From Candidatus Binataceae bacterium (GTDB taxonomy: Bacteria > Desulfobacterota > Binatia > Binatales > Binataceae), in contig JBOHWK010000111.1 of assembly GCA_050736715.1 (NCBI GenBank), forward strand, positions 1-59,242: DNA of 59,242 bases, in the 5' to 3' direction. Position 1 is the first letter of the stretch; the number at the start of each line of letters is the position of its first letter. Positions 1 through 8,759 of this stretch are shown here, piece by piece. The notes beneath the pieces are model-generated. The model searched no databases. It saw nothing but the letters and a program-made list of their open reading frames with translations, and was not told the origin of the DNA. The translations under genes and the position numbers were made by a program.

Positions 1-78
1 CTGGTCGCCGCCCTGCGCGCTCACGACGCCGAAATCGACCCAGAACCAAGGATTGACGATGCGGAGAAAGCCGCTTAA
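1..78 (+). CDS. 3' end of an unidentified CDS entering the window (partial)
   Basis: Frame 1 is open from base 1 to TAA at 76-78 (...AHDAEIDPEPRIDDAEKAA*). Too short to name. Confidence 0.3.
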   Translation: MVAALRAHDAEIDPEPRIDDAEKAA

Positions 79-124
79 ATAACTATGTTGCCGTCACTCA
101 ATTCCAACAACCAACCGGACATCC

Positions 125-585
125 CCCTGCCCCCCTTTCCTAAAGGAAAGGGGGATAGGACGGCGCACGGGATTCTTTCCGGCCCCCCTTCCCGATGCAG
201 GGGGGATTGCGTTCACACTTTTGCGGATTGCGTTCCCCGCATTCAATCGGGCGGCATTCCGATGCTCTGTCCAGATAGCCATTAACTTGCCTGGATTCTG
301 TTCCCCCTTTCCATCTTGGAAAGGGGGTTAGGGGGATAGGACGGCGCACGGGATTCTTTCCGGCCCCCTTCCCGTTGCGCGGGATTGCGTTCACACTTTT
401 GCTAATTGCGTTCCCCGCACTCAATCGGGCGGCATTCCGATGCTCTGTCCAGATAGCCATTAACTTGCCTGGATTCTGTTCCCCCTTTCCACCTTGGAAA
501 GGGGGTTAGGGGGATAGGAGGGCGCACGAGATTCTTTCCGGCCCCCCTTCCCGGTGCGGGAAGGGGCTGGGGGTTAGGTTGGCTC
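125..585. repeat. Tandem array, about 2.5 copies of a ~172-178 bp unit that opens with a conserved GC hairpin
   Basis: Hairpin CCCCCTTTCC-loop-GGAAAGGGGG starts at 131, 303 and 481. The rest of the unit (GGATAGGACGGCGCACGGGATTCTTTCCGG ... CCAGATAGCCATTAACTTGCCTGGATTCTGTT) is near-identical in copies 1 and 2. Copy 3 is truncated after a perfect 10-bp hairpin at 544-566. Confidence 0.9.
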
Positions 586-648
586 TTTCCGCCGCGCCCG
601 GAAACGCCTACACGAAGGGCCCAATGATGCGGCGGGCGCGCGAATCGA

Positions 649-1938
649 TCATTGCCGCCGCAGCGATTCGGGGCGGATCGGACGCGCCAGTGCGATCGTC
701 ACTTCCCGCACCGCGCGGGCGTCGCTGCGGGTGACGGAAATCGTCAGATCGCCCTCGGCCAATTGTTCGCCGGGTTTGGGAATATGGCCCAGCCGCTCCA
801 CCACCAATCCGCCGATCGTCGCGTATTCGTCGCCCTCCGGCAGCCCCAGCCCGAAGCGTTCGTTCAATTCCGCGATTCCCGCCCGCGCCATCACCGCGAG
901 TCGGCGCGGCCCCACGATGCGGACCAGTTCCTCGCGGAGGTCGTGCTCGTCCTCGATTTCGCCGACGATCTCCTCGAGCAAATCCTCCACCGTCAGGATG
1001 CCCGCAGCGCCGCCGTATTCGTCCACGATCGCGGCGAGATTTTCGCCCGTGCGTTGCATCGCAACCAATGCTTCGTCCAGCGGCATCGACTCGGGAAAAT
1101 AGCTGACCGGGCGCATTATCTCACTGACCGGGCGCGTAATATCGGGAGCCGAAAGGAGGTCGAAAACATGCACGACGCCGACCAGGTCGGTGATATGGCC
1201 GCGGTAAACCGGGATGCGGCTGAAGCCCTCGCGGCGCACGCTTTCGATCGCCTGGGCGATCGTGCTCTTCTCGGAGATCGCCTCGACCCGCACCAGCGGC
1301 ACCATCGCCTTGCGCACCTCGGCGCGGGAGAAGCGGAAGATGCGGCTGATCATGCGCTGTTCGGCGGGCAGAATCGCGTCGTGCACGGGGGCGGCTGCGG
1401 CGTCGGCCGGCCGCCGCCGCATCAGTTGCGCCAAATCCTCGCGCGTCAGGAATACGCTGCGGACCTCCGGCGGAACCCCGGCCAGCCGGCTCAGCCATCG
1501 CGACAGCGCCGTCTCCGCGGCGAGTACGGGCGCGAGCACACCCGCGATTATCCGCAGCGGACGCGCGGCGAGCAGCGCCGCCCGGTGCGGATTGCGGAGC
1601 GTGAGCAGCTTCGGCATCGCCTCGCCAAGGAGCAGCGTAATCGGCGTCAGAATAAAGGGGGCAAGGAATACCCAGTGCCAGGCCACATTGTGCAGGAAGC
1701 TGGTCAGCACGACGGCGGCCATTACCGTGGCAAGGTTGCTGCCGGTCAGCGTTAGGGCAAGGAGGCGATCGCGATTTTCGAGCAGCTTACCGAGCGCGCG
1801 GGCCGCCGGCTTGCCGCGCTCGCTTTCCGCACGCACCTTTAATTCATCGGCGGAAACCGTTGCGATCTCGGCGGCGGCGAAGAACGCCTGCACGAGAACG
1901 CACGCGGCGAGCACCAGAACGATCCCCTCGATACTCAT
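649..1938 (-). CDS. CNNM/CorC-HlyC family membrane protein (DUF21 + CBS pair + CorC_HlyC domain)
   Basis: Taken from internal Met MSIEGIVLVLAACVLVQAFFAAAEIA (DUF21-type TM start). CBS pair ending LTVEDLLEEIVGEIEDEHD, then a C-terminal CorC_HlyC-like segment. The start overlaps the upstream stop by 4 bp. Confidence 0.85.
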   Translation of the reverse strand: MSIEGIVLVLAACVLVQAFFAAAEIATVSADELKVRAESERGKPAARALGKLLENRDRLLALTLTGSNLATVMAAVVLTSFLHNVAWHWVFLAPFILTPITLLLGEAMPKLLTLRNPHRAALLAARPLRIIAGVLAPVLAAETALSRWLSRLAGVPPEVRSVFLTREDLAQLMRRRPADAAAAPVHDAILPAEQRMISRIFRFSRAEVRKAMVPLVRVEAISEKSTIAQAIESVRREGFSRIPVYRGHITDLVGVVHVFDLLSAPDITRPVSEIMRPVSYFPESMPLDEALVAMQRTGENLAAIVDEYGGAAGILTVEDLLEEIVGEIEDEHDLREELVRIVGPRRLAVMARAGIAELNERFGLGLPEGDEYATIGGLVVERLGHIPKPGEQLAEGDLTISVTRSDARAVREVTIALARPIRPESLRRQ

Positions 1939-3149
1939 CGCGCGAGCCTCACCAGTTCGACCGCCGCGCCACGCACGCGCTCGACAGTCGCCTCGAACTC
2001 GCCGAGTTTGAGTTTTTCCCCAACGCGCGGAACGCGGCCCAGCCGCCGCAAAATCAGGCTCGACAGCGTTTTGCCGGCGCCGGGTGCGTCGATCGCAAGC
2101 GCCGGTCCCAATTCTTTCGCCAGCCGGTCGAGCGCGATCGCTCCCGACGCGGTCCATTCGCGGTCCGAGCTGCGCGTGAGTTCGGGAACTTCCAGATCGA
2201 ATTCGTCGCGTAGTTCGCCGAATAGCTCCTCGAGCAAATCCTCGAGTGTGACCAGCCCCAGCACCTTGCCGAATTCATTGACCGCGATCGCCATTTGATA
2301 GCGCCCGCGCCGCATCTCGTCGAACAATTCGCCGAGCGCCTTGCCGGGTGGAATAAAGACCGCCGGGCGCAGGAGCCGTTCGATTCGCGGCGGCTGAGGA
2401 TCGAGCCGGCGCGCGGCCAGATCCTTGGCGTGGACGAGGCCCACGATATTGTCGGGATTGCCGCGCCAAACCGGCACGCGCGAGAAGCTCTCCTGCGCGA
2501 TCGCGGCGATTAATTGGGCGGACGGCGTGTCCGCATCGGCGGTGAACATCCGTTCCCGCGGCGTCATCACTTCCGCCGCGCGCCGCGCGCCGAAGTCGAA
2601 CACCCGATCGATCATCGCGCGCTCGGCCGGTTCGACCTGGCCGCCGGTTTCGCCCAGCCTAAGCAGCGTCTTGAATTCCGCCTCGGAGACCGGCGCCGGC
2701 GTGGGAACCGCGGCGAGCGGCGCGAATCGGCTCGCGATCGGATGCACCCCGCCCGCCAGCACGGCAAGCGGGCGGGCGGTGAGCCGCGCGAATGCGCCGG
2801 GAAAGCCGAGTGCGAAGGTCTTGGGCGTGATGTCGCACAACATCACCACGATCGCGAACATCACGGGCGCCGCCACCCACGGCCCGGCATCGCCGCCGAG
2901 CAATCCGATCAGGAAAATTGTCGCGAGGCATTCGGCGAAGATGTTGCACGCCTCGTTAAGGCCGATAACCACCACCAGCGATTCGAGCGGCCGCGCCATC
3001 AGCCGTTCCAGCGCGTCGCGCACCGGGCGACTTAACCGCTCGCGCGTATGCTCCATCCGCGCCAGCGCGAACAGCGCCGTCTCCGAGGCGGCAAGCGCCG
3101 CGCTCAGGACGATTAGAATCGCAATTGCAACCGGCAACATCACCGTCAT
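1935..3149 (-). CDS. CNNM/CorC-HlyC family membrane protein (paralog of the downstream gene)
   Basis: Start chosen at MTVMLPVAIAILIVLSAALAASETALFAL. CBS pair ending VTLEDLLEELFGELRDEFD. Same domain order as 649-1938. Confidence 0.85.
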   Translation of the reverse strand: MTVMLPVAIAILIVLSAALAASETALFALARMEHTRERLSRPVRDALERLMARPLESLVVVIGLNEACNIFAECLATIFLIGLLGGDAGPWVAAPVMFAIVVMLCDITPKTFALGFPGAFARLTARPLAVLAGGVHPIASRFAPLAAVPTPAPVSEAEFKTLLRLGETGGQVEPAERAMIDRVFDFGARRAAEVMTPRERMFTADADTPSAQLIAAIAQESFSRVPVWRGNPDNIVGLVHAKDLAARRLDPQPPRIERLLRPAVFIPPGKALGELFDEMRRGRYQMAIAVNEFGKVLGLVTLEDLLEELFGELRDEFDLEVPELTRSSDREWTASGAIALDRLAKELGPALAIDAPGAGKTLSSLILRRLGRVPRVGEKLKLGEFEATVERVRGAAVELVRLAR

Positions 3150-3297
3150 CGTTCGCCCCCGTTCCAGCGCGATTCCAGTTCGCCTTCGGCGGCGTCTGGG
3201 ATCGCGCGCCGCACTTTGTCCGCCATGGCGCACAGGATAGCATTGCGGCGAAATTGAACCTAAATTTCTGCGCGATCCGTCGCTTGCGGAGCAGCGC

Positions 3298-3327
3298 TTG
3301 ACACGCACCGGAATCTTCGATTATCTA
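3298..3327 (+). promoter_or_regulatory. Sigma70-like promoter for the 3380 exoprotein gene
   Basis: TTGACA (3298-3303), 18-nt spacer, TATCTA (3322-3327). Followed by a 5' UTR hairpin GGGGATCGGCGA...TCGCCGATTCCCC and a GGAGGA Shine-Dalgarno. Confidence 0.45.
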
Positions 3328-3379
3328 GCGGGGATCGGCGAAGGAACGCATCGCCGATTCCCCCGGAGGAATAAGGATA

Positions 3380-5176
3380 TTGTTTAGCACCGTTAAAGGT
3401 GCGGTGGTCGTGGCGATAGTTTTTGCCATTACCGCCGCAGTTGCGTCTGTTTCATGGGCCGGTTCTGACGGCGCCGGCGTTACCGGCGCCAAGATCCCTA
3501 AGGTCGTGAGCGTGGCGCCGAAAAAGCTCAATTTCGGCAACACGAAAAGCTGCGCAAAGCTGAAGACCAAAACCCTCAAAGTAAAGAATCTATCGAAGAC
3601 GGACCCGCTCACCCTGAGCGAAGCCATCGCCGGGATTGATGCGAGCGATTTCAATCTGACCGGCGGGACTTGCACGGGGACGCTGGCGCCGCGGACCTAC
3701 TGCACTTACGAAGTCATATTCGATCCGGAGAGCATCGGGACGCGGACAGCGACGATGACGATAACGGACAGTCCCGATACATTAAGTCCGTACGAGGTCG
3801 CCTTGATCGGGAAATCCAAAGTCGTTTGCGTGACACCCACGCCGACGGCTACGGCCACCGCGACCGTCACGCCGACCAGCGCCGTGACGCCGACGGCGGC
3901 GACTCCGACTTCCACGGCCACGCCGACGCGAACCGCCACGAGCACGCCAACCGCGGCCACGCCCACGAAGACTTCGACCGCGACCCCGACCATGACCAGG
4001 ACCGCCACGCGAACTCCCACGCCGACGGCCACTCGCACCTCGGCTCCCAGTACGACCCCGACCCCAACTGGAGTGCCCACCACGATTACGATTAGCGGGA
4101 AGGTCGTTCAGGGTTCCATCGGCGGCGGGACGGTTACCCCCAATTCGCCGGTTGCTCCGGTTGTGGGTGCGCCGGTGTGGCTAGAGGCGGTCTATATCCT
4201 GAGTCCCACCCCAACCGTCCAGCCGACCCCGACGATGCTTCCAACGCCGACGGCGGCGCCCACGGTGATTAGCTCACCGCTGTACTTGATCCAGACCACC
4301 GTGACCGATGGGTCTGGAAATTTCTCATTCACGGGTGTGCCGACTTACGGATCGCCCAATTCCTTTGTCGTGGTCACGGACTCCAACAGTCTGCCGACAG
4401 GCGGTTCGCCCTCCGATGCGACCATAACGGGACCGCTCGAACCGGCCGGACTCCTGACCGGCCTGGAAATTCCGCTGATACCCGCAACCAACAGCAGTAC
4501 CAACTCGCTGCAAGGGATGTTTTCGACCGCGGGGCTCGGCGGGCCGGGAACCGGCGATGACGTCACATTCGTTCCCGCACAGCCGGTAGTCGGCGCCATC
4601 CTGTTTCCGGGTTACTCGGAATCCGAATTGGATGTGGACGCGCTGGTGCCGCCACTGGCCGATCCCAACGGCACGACGAACGGTAGCCAGAACGGCACCG
4701 GCGGCGCGCCCTACCTGACGACGACCGCGGCCGGAACCGACTGCACGGGCGGCTGCACCGATTCATCCACCAACTGCGCCTGTTTCTCGATCGCGGCGCC
4801 CAACGGAAATCCCGTGAGCGGCGCGCCCTCGACTAATGGCACGGGTTATACCCAACCGACCCCGCCCGAGGGGTGCGAAGCAAATCCCGCTTCCTGCTAT
4901 GCGACCTATTACTGGGCGGCAACGATTGGAAGTTTTAGTCCGACTCAACTCTACGGGACCCCGGACTGCCCGAATCTAAACGCATTGGAATGTACGGGAC
5001 CCGGCACATATCTTCCGTGTTGCACCGGCCCTGGGACGGGTACCTGTTATTACCCGACCGAGCAGCCGGAGGACTTCCCATCGCCGTTCGAGCTCGTCGA
5101 GGGAAGTCCCTTTATCACGGACGTGCCCGACGCCAACCTGCCCTCCGCTGTCGGAGGCTTCAGCGAGTGCCAATGA
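3380..5176 (+). CDS. Secreted protein: signal peptide, choice-of-anchor-D/ASH-like beta-sandwich, long Thr/Pro/Ala linker, Cys-rich C-terminal region
   Basis: TTG start after GGAGGA. N-terminus MFSTVKGAVVVAIVFAITAAVASVSWA. Module LNFGNTK..LKVKNLSKTDPLTL...FNLTGGTCTGTLAPRTYCTYEVIFDP. About 80 aa of TPTPTATATATVTPT... and at least 15 Cys in the last ~150 aa. Confidence 0.75.
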   Translation: MFSTVKGAVVVAIVFAITAAVASVSWAGSDGAGVTGAKIPKVVSVAPKKLNFGNTKSCAKLKTKTLKVKNLSKTDPLTLSEAIAGIDASDFNLTGGTCTGTLAPRTYCTYEVIFDPESIGTRTATMTITDSPDTLSPYEVALIGKSKVVCVTPTPTATATATVTPTSAVTPTAATPTSTATPTRTATSTPTAATPTKTSTATPTMTRTATRTPTPTATRTSAPSTTPTPTGVPTTITISGKVVQGSIGGGTVTPNSPVAPVVGAPVWLEAVYILSPTPTVQPTPTMLPTPTAAPTVISSPLYLIQTTVTDGSGNFSFTGVPTYGSPNSFVVVTDSNSLPTGGSPSDATITGPLEPAGLLTGLEIPLIPATNSSTNSLQGMFSTAGLGGPGTGDDVTFVPAQPVVGAILFPGYSESELDVDALVPPLADPNGTTNGSQNGTGGAPYLTTTAAGTDCTGGCTDSSTNCACFSIAAPNGNPVSGAPSTNGTGYTQPTPPEGCEANPASCYATYYWAATIGSFSPTQLYGTPDCPNLNALECTGPGTYLPCCTGPGTGTCYYPTEQPEDFPSPFELVEGSPFITDVPDANLPSAVGGFSECQ

Positions 5177-5201
5177 CGATGGGCGAAGGAGGCGCGAAAG
5201 G

Positions 5202-6245
5202 TTAGGGCCGGCCGGCTCGCAGATGGTCCCAGCCCGCCAAGTGCGGCGGGTGCGCGCCATCGATCGTGAGTTGCCGGCCGCGCACGATCCGGCCGATGCG
5301 CCGCACCGGAACCCGCAACCGCCGGGTGAGTTCCGCCTCCGAATGGCCGGGGCGGAGGCAAAATAGCAATTCGTAATCCTCGCCGCCGCTCATCGCCAGC
5401 GACAAATCCCTCCCCATCGCGGCGCGATACGCCCGCGATACCGGAATCGCCGCCGCGTCAATTTCCGCGCCCACGCGCGAGCGTTCGAGGATATGGCCCA
5501 AGTCCTGAACGAGGCCGTCGCTGACATCGATTGCGGCCGGAGTTGGCGAAATCGCGGCCAGCCGCCGTCCCGCGAAGATGCGTGCGGACGGACGGAGGCA
5601 GCGGTCGATTAAATGTTTTCGCGCGGCAGCCGGAACGCGCATTTTACCCGCCAGGATGCGCCAGCCCAGCGCCGCATCGCCGAGCGTCCCCGTCACGAAA
5701 ATTTCGTCGCCCGGCCGCGCCGTATCGCGGCGCATCGCCGGCGATTCCGCATAACCGACAATCGCGATTGCGATCGAAAGGTCGCGCGCGCGCGCGATAT
5801 TCCCGCCCACGATATCGACGCTCTGCGCTTTCGCGGCGCGGCGCAATCCGGCGTAGAGGCCGTCGATCGCCGCGATTGAAATTCCCTTGCGCAAATTGAG
5901 ATTGACCACGCAGGCCGCAGGCCGCCCACCCATCGCCGCGATATCGCTCAGGCAGACCGCGAGCGCGCGCGCTCCGATTACATCGGGCCGCGCCCAGGCC
6001 AAATCGAAATGGACGCCCTCGACCATCGTGTCGATCGTGAAGAGGATCGGATGGCGCGCCGGAGCGAGGATCGCGCAATCGTCGCCGGGGCCGAGGATCG
6101 TCGCCCGTCCGGGTTTGATTCCGGCGCACAGGCGCGCGATCAATTCGAATTCGGAGGGCACAGTGGTGGTGCGGGCCGCCATTGGCAATGACTCCCGCAT
6201 TTTACCATCGTCCACCGCCGCGCGCCGGACCTGAGGCGGAGTCAC
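5202..6245 (-). CDS. thiL: Thiamine-monophosphate kinase (start uncertain: GTG 6245, ATG 6200 or ATG 6182)
   Basis: SEFELIARL...GPGDDCAIL...DTMVEGVHF...LSDIAAMGG...DIVGGN...GDEIFVTGTLGDAA matches the ThiL/PurM-like layout. GTG 6245 overlaps the kinase stop (GTGA). Confidence 0.85.
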   Translation of the reverse strand: MTPPQVRRAAVDDGKMRESLPMAARTTTVPSEFELIARLCAGIKPGRATILGPGDDCAILAPARHPILFTIDTMVEGVHFDLAWARPDVIGARALAVCLSDIAAMGGRPAACVVNLNLRKGISIAAIDGLYAGLRRAAKAQSVDIVGGNIARARDLSIAIAIVGYAESPAMRRDTARPGDEIFVTGTLGDAALGWRILAGKMRVPAAARKHLIDRCLRPSARIFAGRRLAAISPTPAAIDVSDGLVQDLGHILERSRVGAEIDAAAIPVSRAYRAAMGRDLSLAMSGGEDYELLFCLRPGHSEAELTRRLRVPVRRIGRIVRGRQLTIDGAHPPHLAGWDHLRAGRP

Positions 6246-7576
6246 TCGGAGGCGGGTTTCGCATCCGGCGCCGTGGTTCCGGCCGGCAACTCCACGGCCA
6301 GCGAAAGGCCGCGCCCACCGAGCCGCGCATCAATGTGGCCGCCCGCCGTCTCGGCCATCATGCGGGCGAGGTAAAGACCCAACCCGCCGGCGGACCGCCC
6401 GCGCCCGTCGGCCGGCCGCTCGAACAGCGATTGCATCTCCGCCGCGGTCAGTGCGGGGCCTTTGTCGGCCACGTCGATCAGGATCGCTTCGCCGTGAATC
6501 GCCGTGTGCAGGACCACCTCGCCGCCGACCATCCGGCCGATTGCGAAGGCGAGCAGGTTTTTGACGATTCGTTCGAGGTGGCGGGGGTCGAGCCGGCACC
6601 TCGGCAGGCGGGAGAATTCGGTGCGCAGGCCCACGCCGCGCCGGCGCGCCTGCATCGCGCAATCGGCGGCGACTTCGGCCAGGAGCGGATTGGGATCGAT
6701 GTCCGCCGCGATCGGCGCCAGCGCGCGCTCCTGCGCGTCGTAATAATCGAGCACGTTGCCGACCACCAGGTCCATCCGCCACGCCGTCGCGCCGATTCGG
6801 GCGAGGACTTCGGCGCGCTCGCGGTCGGTGATGGTTTCCTCCTCCAGGAGGTTGGCGTAACCGCTGAGCGCGGCCGCCGGGCTGCGGATATCGTGCGACA
6901 TCGTGGAGATTTGCCCCTGGCGAAAGCGGGCGGCCGCTTCCAAGTCCCGGACCTGCCCGGCCAGGCGCTGGCGATAGCGATCGATCAGGAACGACGTGCA
7001 GATCGCAAACAGCGTGACGCCCAGCAATCCGACCCAGCGGTAGGCATCGAAAGGGCCGGGGATCGGAACCAGCAGATTTGCGATCAGATAGCCGAACACC
7101 GCCATCGCGCCGATTATCAATTGCGAGCGCGGTCCCCAGGTAATAAAGCCCGCCGTCACAATCGGGAACAGGATTATCACGACGAAGCGCGATTCGGGAT
7201 TGCGGGTGAAATGGCTGGCCGCGGTGACGGCGGCAAATAGAAAAGCGAAATACGAGAGCGTCCAGAACCTTACGTGGCGCTTGAACGAATCCGTCCAGAG
7301 CAGCCCCAGAAACCCGCAACTGGCGAGGATCAGCGTCCAGCGGATCGCCATCACCGCGCCGGCGGCGTCCGGCCCTCCCTCCGCCAAGTTGTACACCACC
7401 TGCGCCACGACCATCAGCAGCGCGAGCGTGCCGGCGAGCTTCAACACGCCGATCGATTCGTCGTCGTCGGGAGTCCATGCGCCCGGCGCGGGCGAATCGG
7501 CGGCGGTGGAATCCGCCGGCTGTCCACCCAGCGCGAAACCGTGCCCGATCGATTTCTCGTCAACGGCGGACGGCAT
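6242..7576 (-). CDS. Membrane sensor histidine kinase (orphan; no adjacent response regulator)
   Basis: Multi-TM N-terminal half. H-box MSHDIRSPAAALSGYANLL. HATPase_c G-box GGLGLYLARMMAETAGG. Confidence 0.85.
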   Translation of the reverse strand: MPSAVDEKSIGHGFALGGQPADSTAADSPAPGAWTPDDDESIGVLKLAGTLALLMVVAQVVYNLAEGGPDAAGAVMAIRWTLILASCGFLGLLWTDSFKRHVRFWTLSYFAFLFAAVTAASHFTRNPESRFVVIILFPIVTAGFITWGPRSQLIIGAMAVFGYLIANLLVPIPGPFDAYRWVGLLGVTLFAICTSFLIDRYRQRLAGQVRDLEAAARFRQGQISTMSHDIRSPAAALSGYANLLEEETITDRERAEVLARIGATAWRMDLVVGNVLDYYDAQERALAPIAADIDPNPLLAEVAADCAMQARRRGVGLRTEFSRLPRCRLDPRHLERIVKNLLAFAIGRMVGGEVVLHTAIHGEAILIDVADKGPALTAAEMQSLFERPADGRGRSAGGLGLYLARMMAETAGGHIDARLGGRGLSLAVELPAGTTAPDAKPASE

Positions 7577-8759
7577 TCAAGGCTCCTTCGATCGCGTTCA
7601 TGGCGAAATCGATCTCGCCGGCCGAAATCGTGAGCGGCGGCGCGATTCGCACCACCGCCTCGGCATTCAACGTCCAGTTTATCACCACGCCGCGCGCAAG
7701 GGTTTCGGCAACAAACCGATGGGCCGTTTTCGCGTCGTGAAATTCCATCCCGATTAGCAGGCCGATTCCGCGCACCGCGGCAATTTCGGGCGCGTTCAAG
7801 CCGCGCAGTTTCCGCATTATGGAAGCCCCCGCCTCCACGGCGCGCGCGGGCAGGCGGTCCCGGACAATGACGTTGAACACCGCCATCCCCGCCGCGCACG
7901 ACAGCGGATTGCCGCCGAAGGTAGTGATATGCCCCAGCGGCGGGTCATGCGAAAGCACGCCGATTACCTCGTCGCGTCCGCAGAAGGCTCCCAGCGGCAG
8001 TCCGCCGCCGAGCGCCTTCGCCAGCACAATTATATCCGGCACAACTTCCGAATGCTCCATCGCGAATAGGCGCCCCGTCCGGCCCAGCCCCGTCAGCACT
8101 TCGTCGAAAATCAGCAGCGCGCGCATGTGATCGCATCGTTCGCGCAGGGCCTGAAGGAAGCCGGGAGGCGGGATGCGCACGCCGCCCTCGGCCTGCACCG
8201 GCTCGACTACCACGGCCGCGATCGAATCGTCGATCGCGCCAAGCGCCGCCGCGTTACCGTAGGGGAGACGAAGCACCGGGCCGGGCAACGGCTCGAACGG
8301 CTCGCGGAAAGCCGGATTCCCGGCGAGCGCGAGCGCGCCCATCGTGTCGCCGTGGTAAGCCCCGTCGAAAGCGGCGAACGCCGTCCGCCCGGTGTGCTTG
8401 CGGGCCACCTTGAGCGCGCCCTCGATCGCCTCTGCGCCGCTGTTGGTGAAATAGACGCTCGCAAGCGCCGGCGGCAGCATCCGGGCGATCAGAGCGGCGT
8501 ACCGCTCCTGGCTCTCGATTGAGTATTCGCCGTACACCATGACGTGCAGATGGCGCCGCAATTGCGCCTCGATCGCGGCGAGCACTTCGGGATTTACATG
8601 GCCGAGCGCGCTGACTCCGATTCCAGCGATAAAATCGAGATAGCGGCGGCCGCCGCGCGCGATTAGCCAACTGCCCTCGGCGCGGTCGATTTCCAGGCCG
8701 ATCGGATGCTTCGAAGTCGGCGCCAGATGGGGCCGGAAAAGACCGCGCACTTCGCTCAT
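7560..8759 (-). CDS. Class-III (ArgD/GabT-like) PLP aminotransferase
   Basis: Start at MSEVRGLF (ATGA overlap with the LuxC-like stop). Motifs FIAGIGVSALGH, FTNSGAEAIEGALK, LIFDEVLTGLGRTG, IIVLAKALGGGLPLGA (PLP lysine). Confidence 0.85.
   Translation of the reverse strand: MSEVRGLFRPHLAPTSKHPIGLEIDRAEGSWLIARGGRRYLDFIAGIGVSALGHVNPEVLAAIEAQLRRHLHVMVYGEYSIESQERYAALIARMLPPALASVYFTNSGAEAIEGALKVARKHTGRTAFAAFDGAYHGDTMGALALAGNPAFREPFEPLPGPVLRLPYGNAAALGAIDDSIAAVVVEPVQAEGGVRIPPPGFLQALRERCDHMRALLIFDEVLTGLGRTGRLFAMEHSEVVPDIIVLAKALGGGLPLGAFCGRDEVIGVLSHDPPLGHITTFGGNPLSCAAGMAVFNVIVRDRLPARAVEAGASIMRKLRGLNAPEIAAVRGIGLLIGMEFHDAKTAHRFVAETLARGVVINWTLNAEAVVRIAPPLTISAGEIDFAMNAIEGALNAVRR

Noticed and set aside
94-460. 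Repeated minus-strand small ORFs inside the tandem array (MAIWTEHRNAARL(N/S)AGNAI...), considered as tandem peptide (RiPP-like) precursor genes.
   Set aside because: There is no convincing Shine-Dalgarno before either ATG. The ORFs read straight through the conserved hairpins and differ in length only because of indels. They are more simply explained as a by-product of the DNA repeat. Not fully excluded.
125-585. Tandem array considered as a CRISPR array or as DGR template/variable repeats.
   Set aside because: The units are ~175 bp and directly abutting, with no spacers, so this is not CRISPR. Differences between copies are not adenine-specific and there is no reverse transcriptase nearby, so it is not a DGR.
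652-1755. Long antisense or alternative-frame ORFs throughout the window (e.g. 652-1755 +, 6330-7478 -, 33192-34319 -, 35756-36844 -, 43449-44696 +, 51496-52542 -, 53881-54987 -, 54798-55871 -).
   Set aside because: They lie opposite to, or out of frame with, genes that carry clear family motifs. They are Arg/Ala/Gly/Pro-rich, as expected from stop-poor frames in GC-rich DNA, and show no recognisable motifs.
3706-4083. Val/Ala/Gly-rich antisense ORFs opposite the Thr/Pro/Ala linkers (3706-4083 -, 49423-49797 -, 50170-50466 -).
   Set aside because: They are mirror images of the low-complexity ACN/GCN/CCN repeats on the coding strand, not independent genes.
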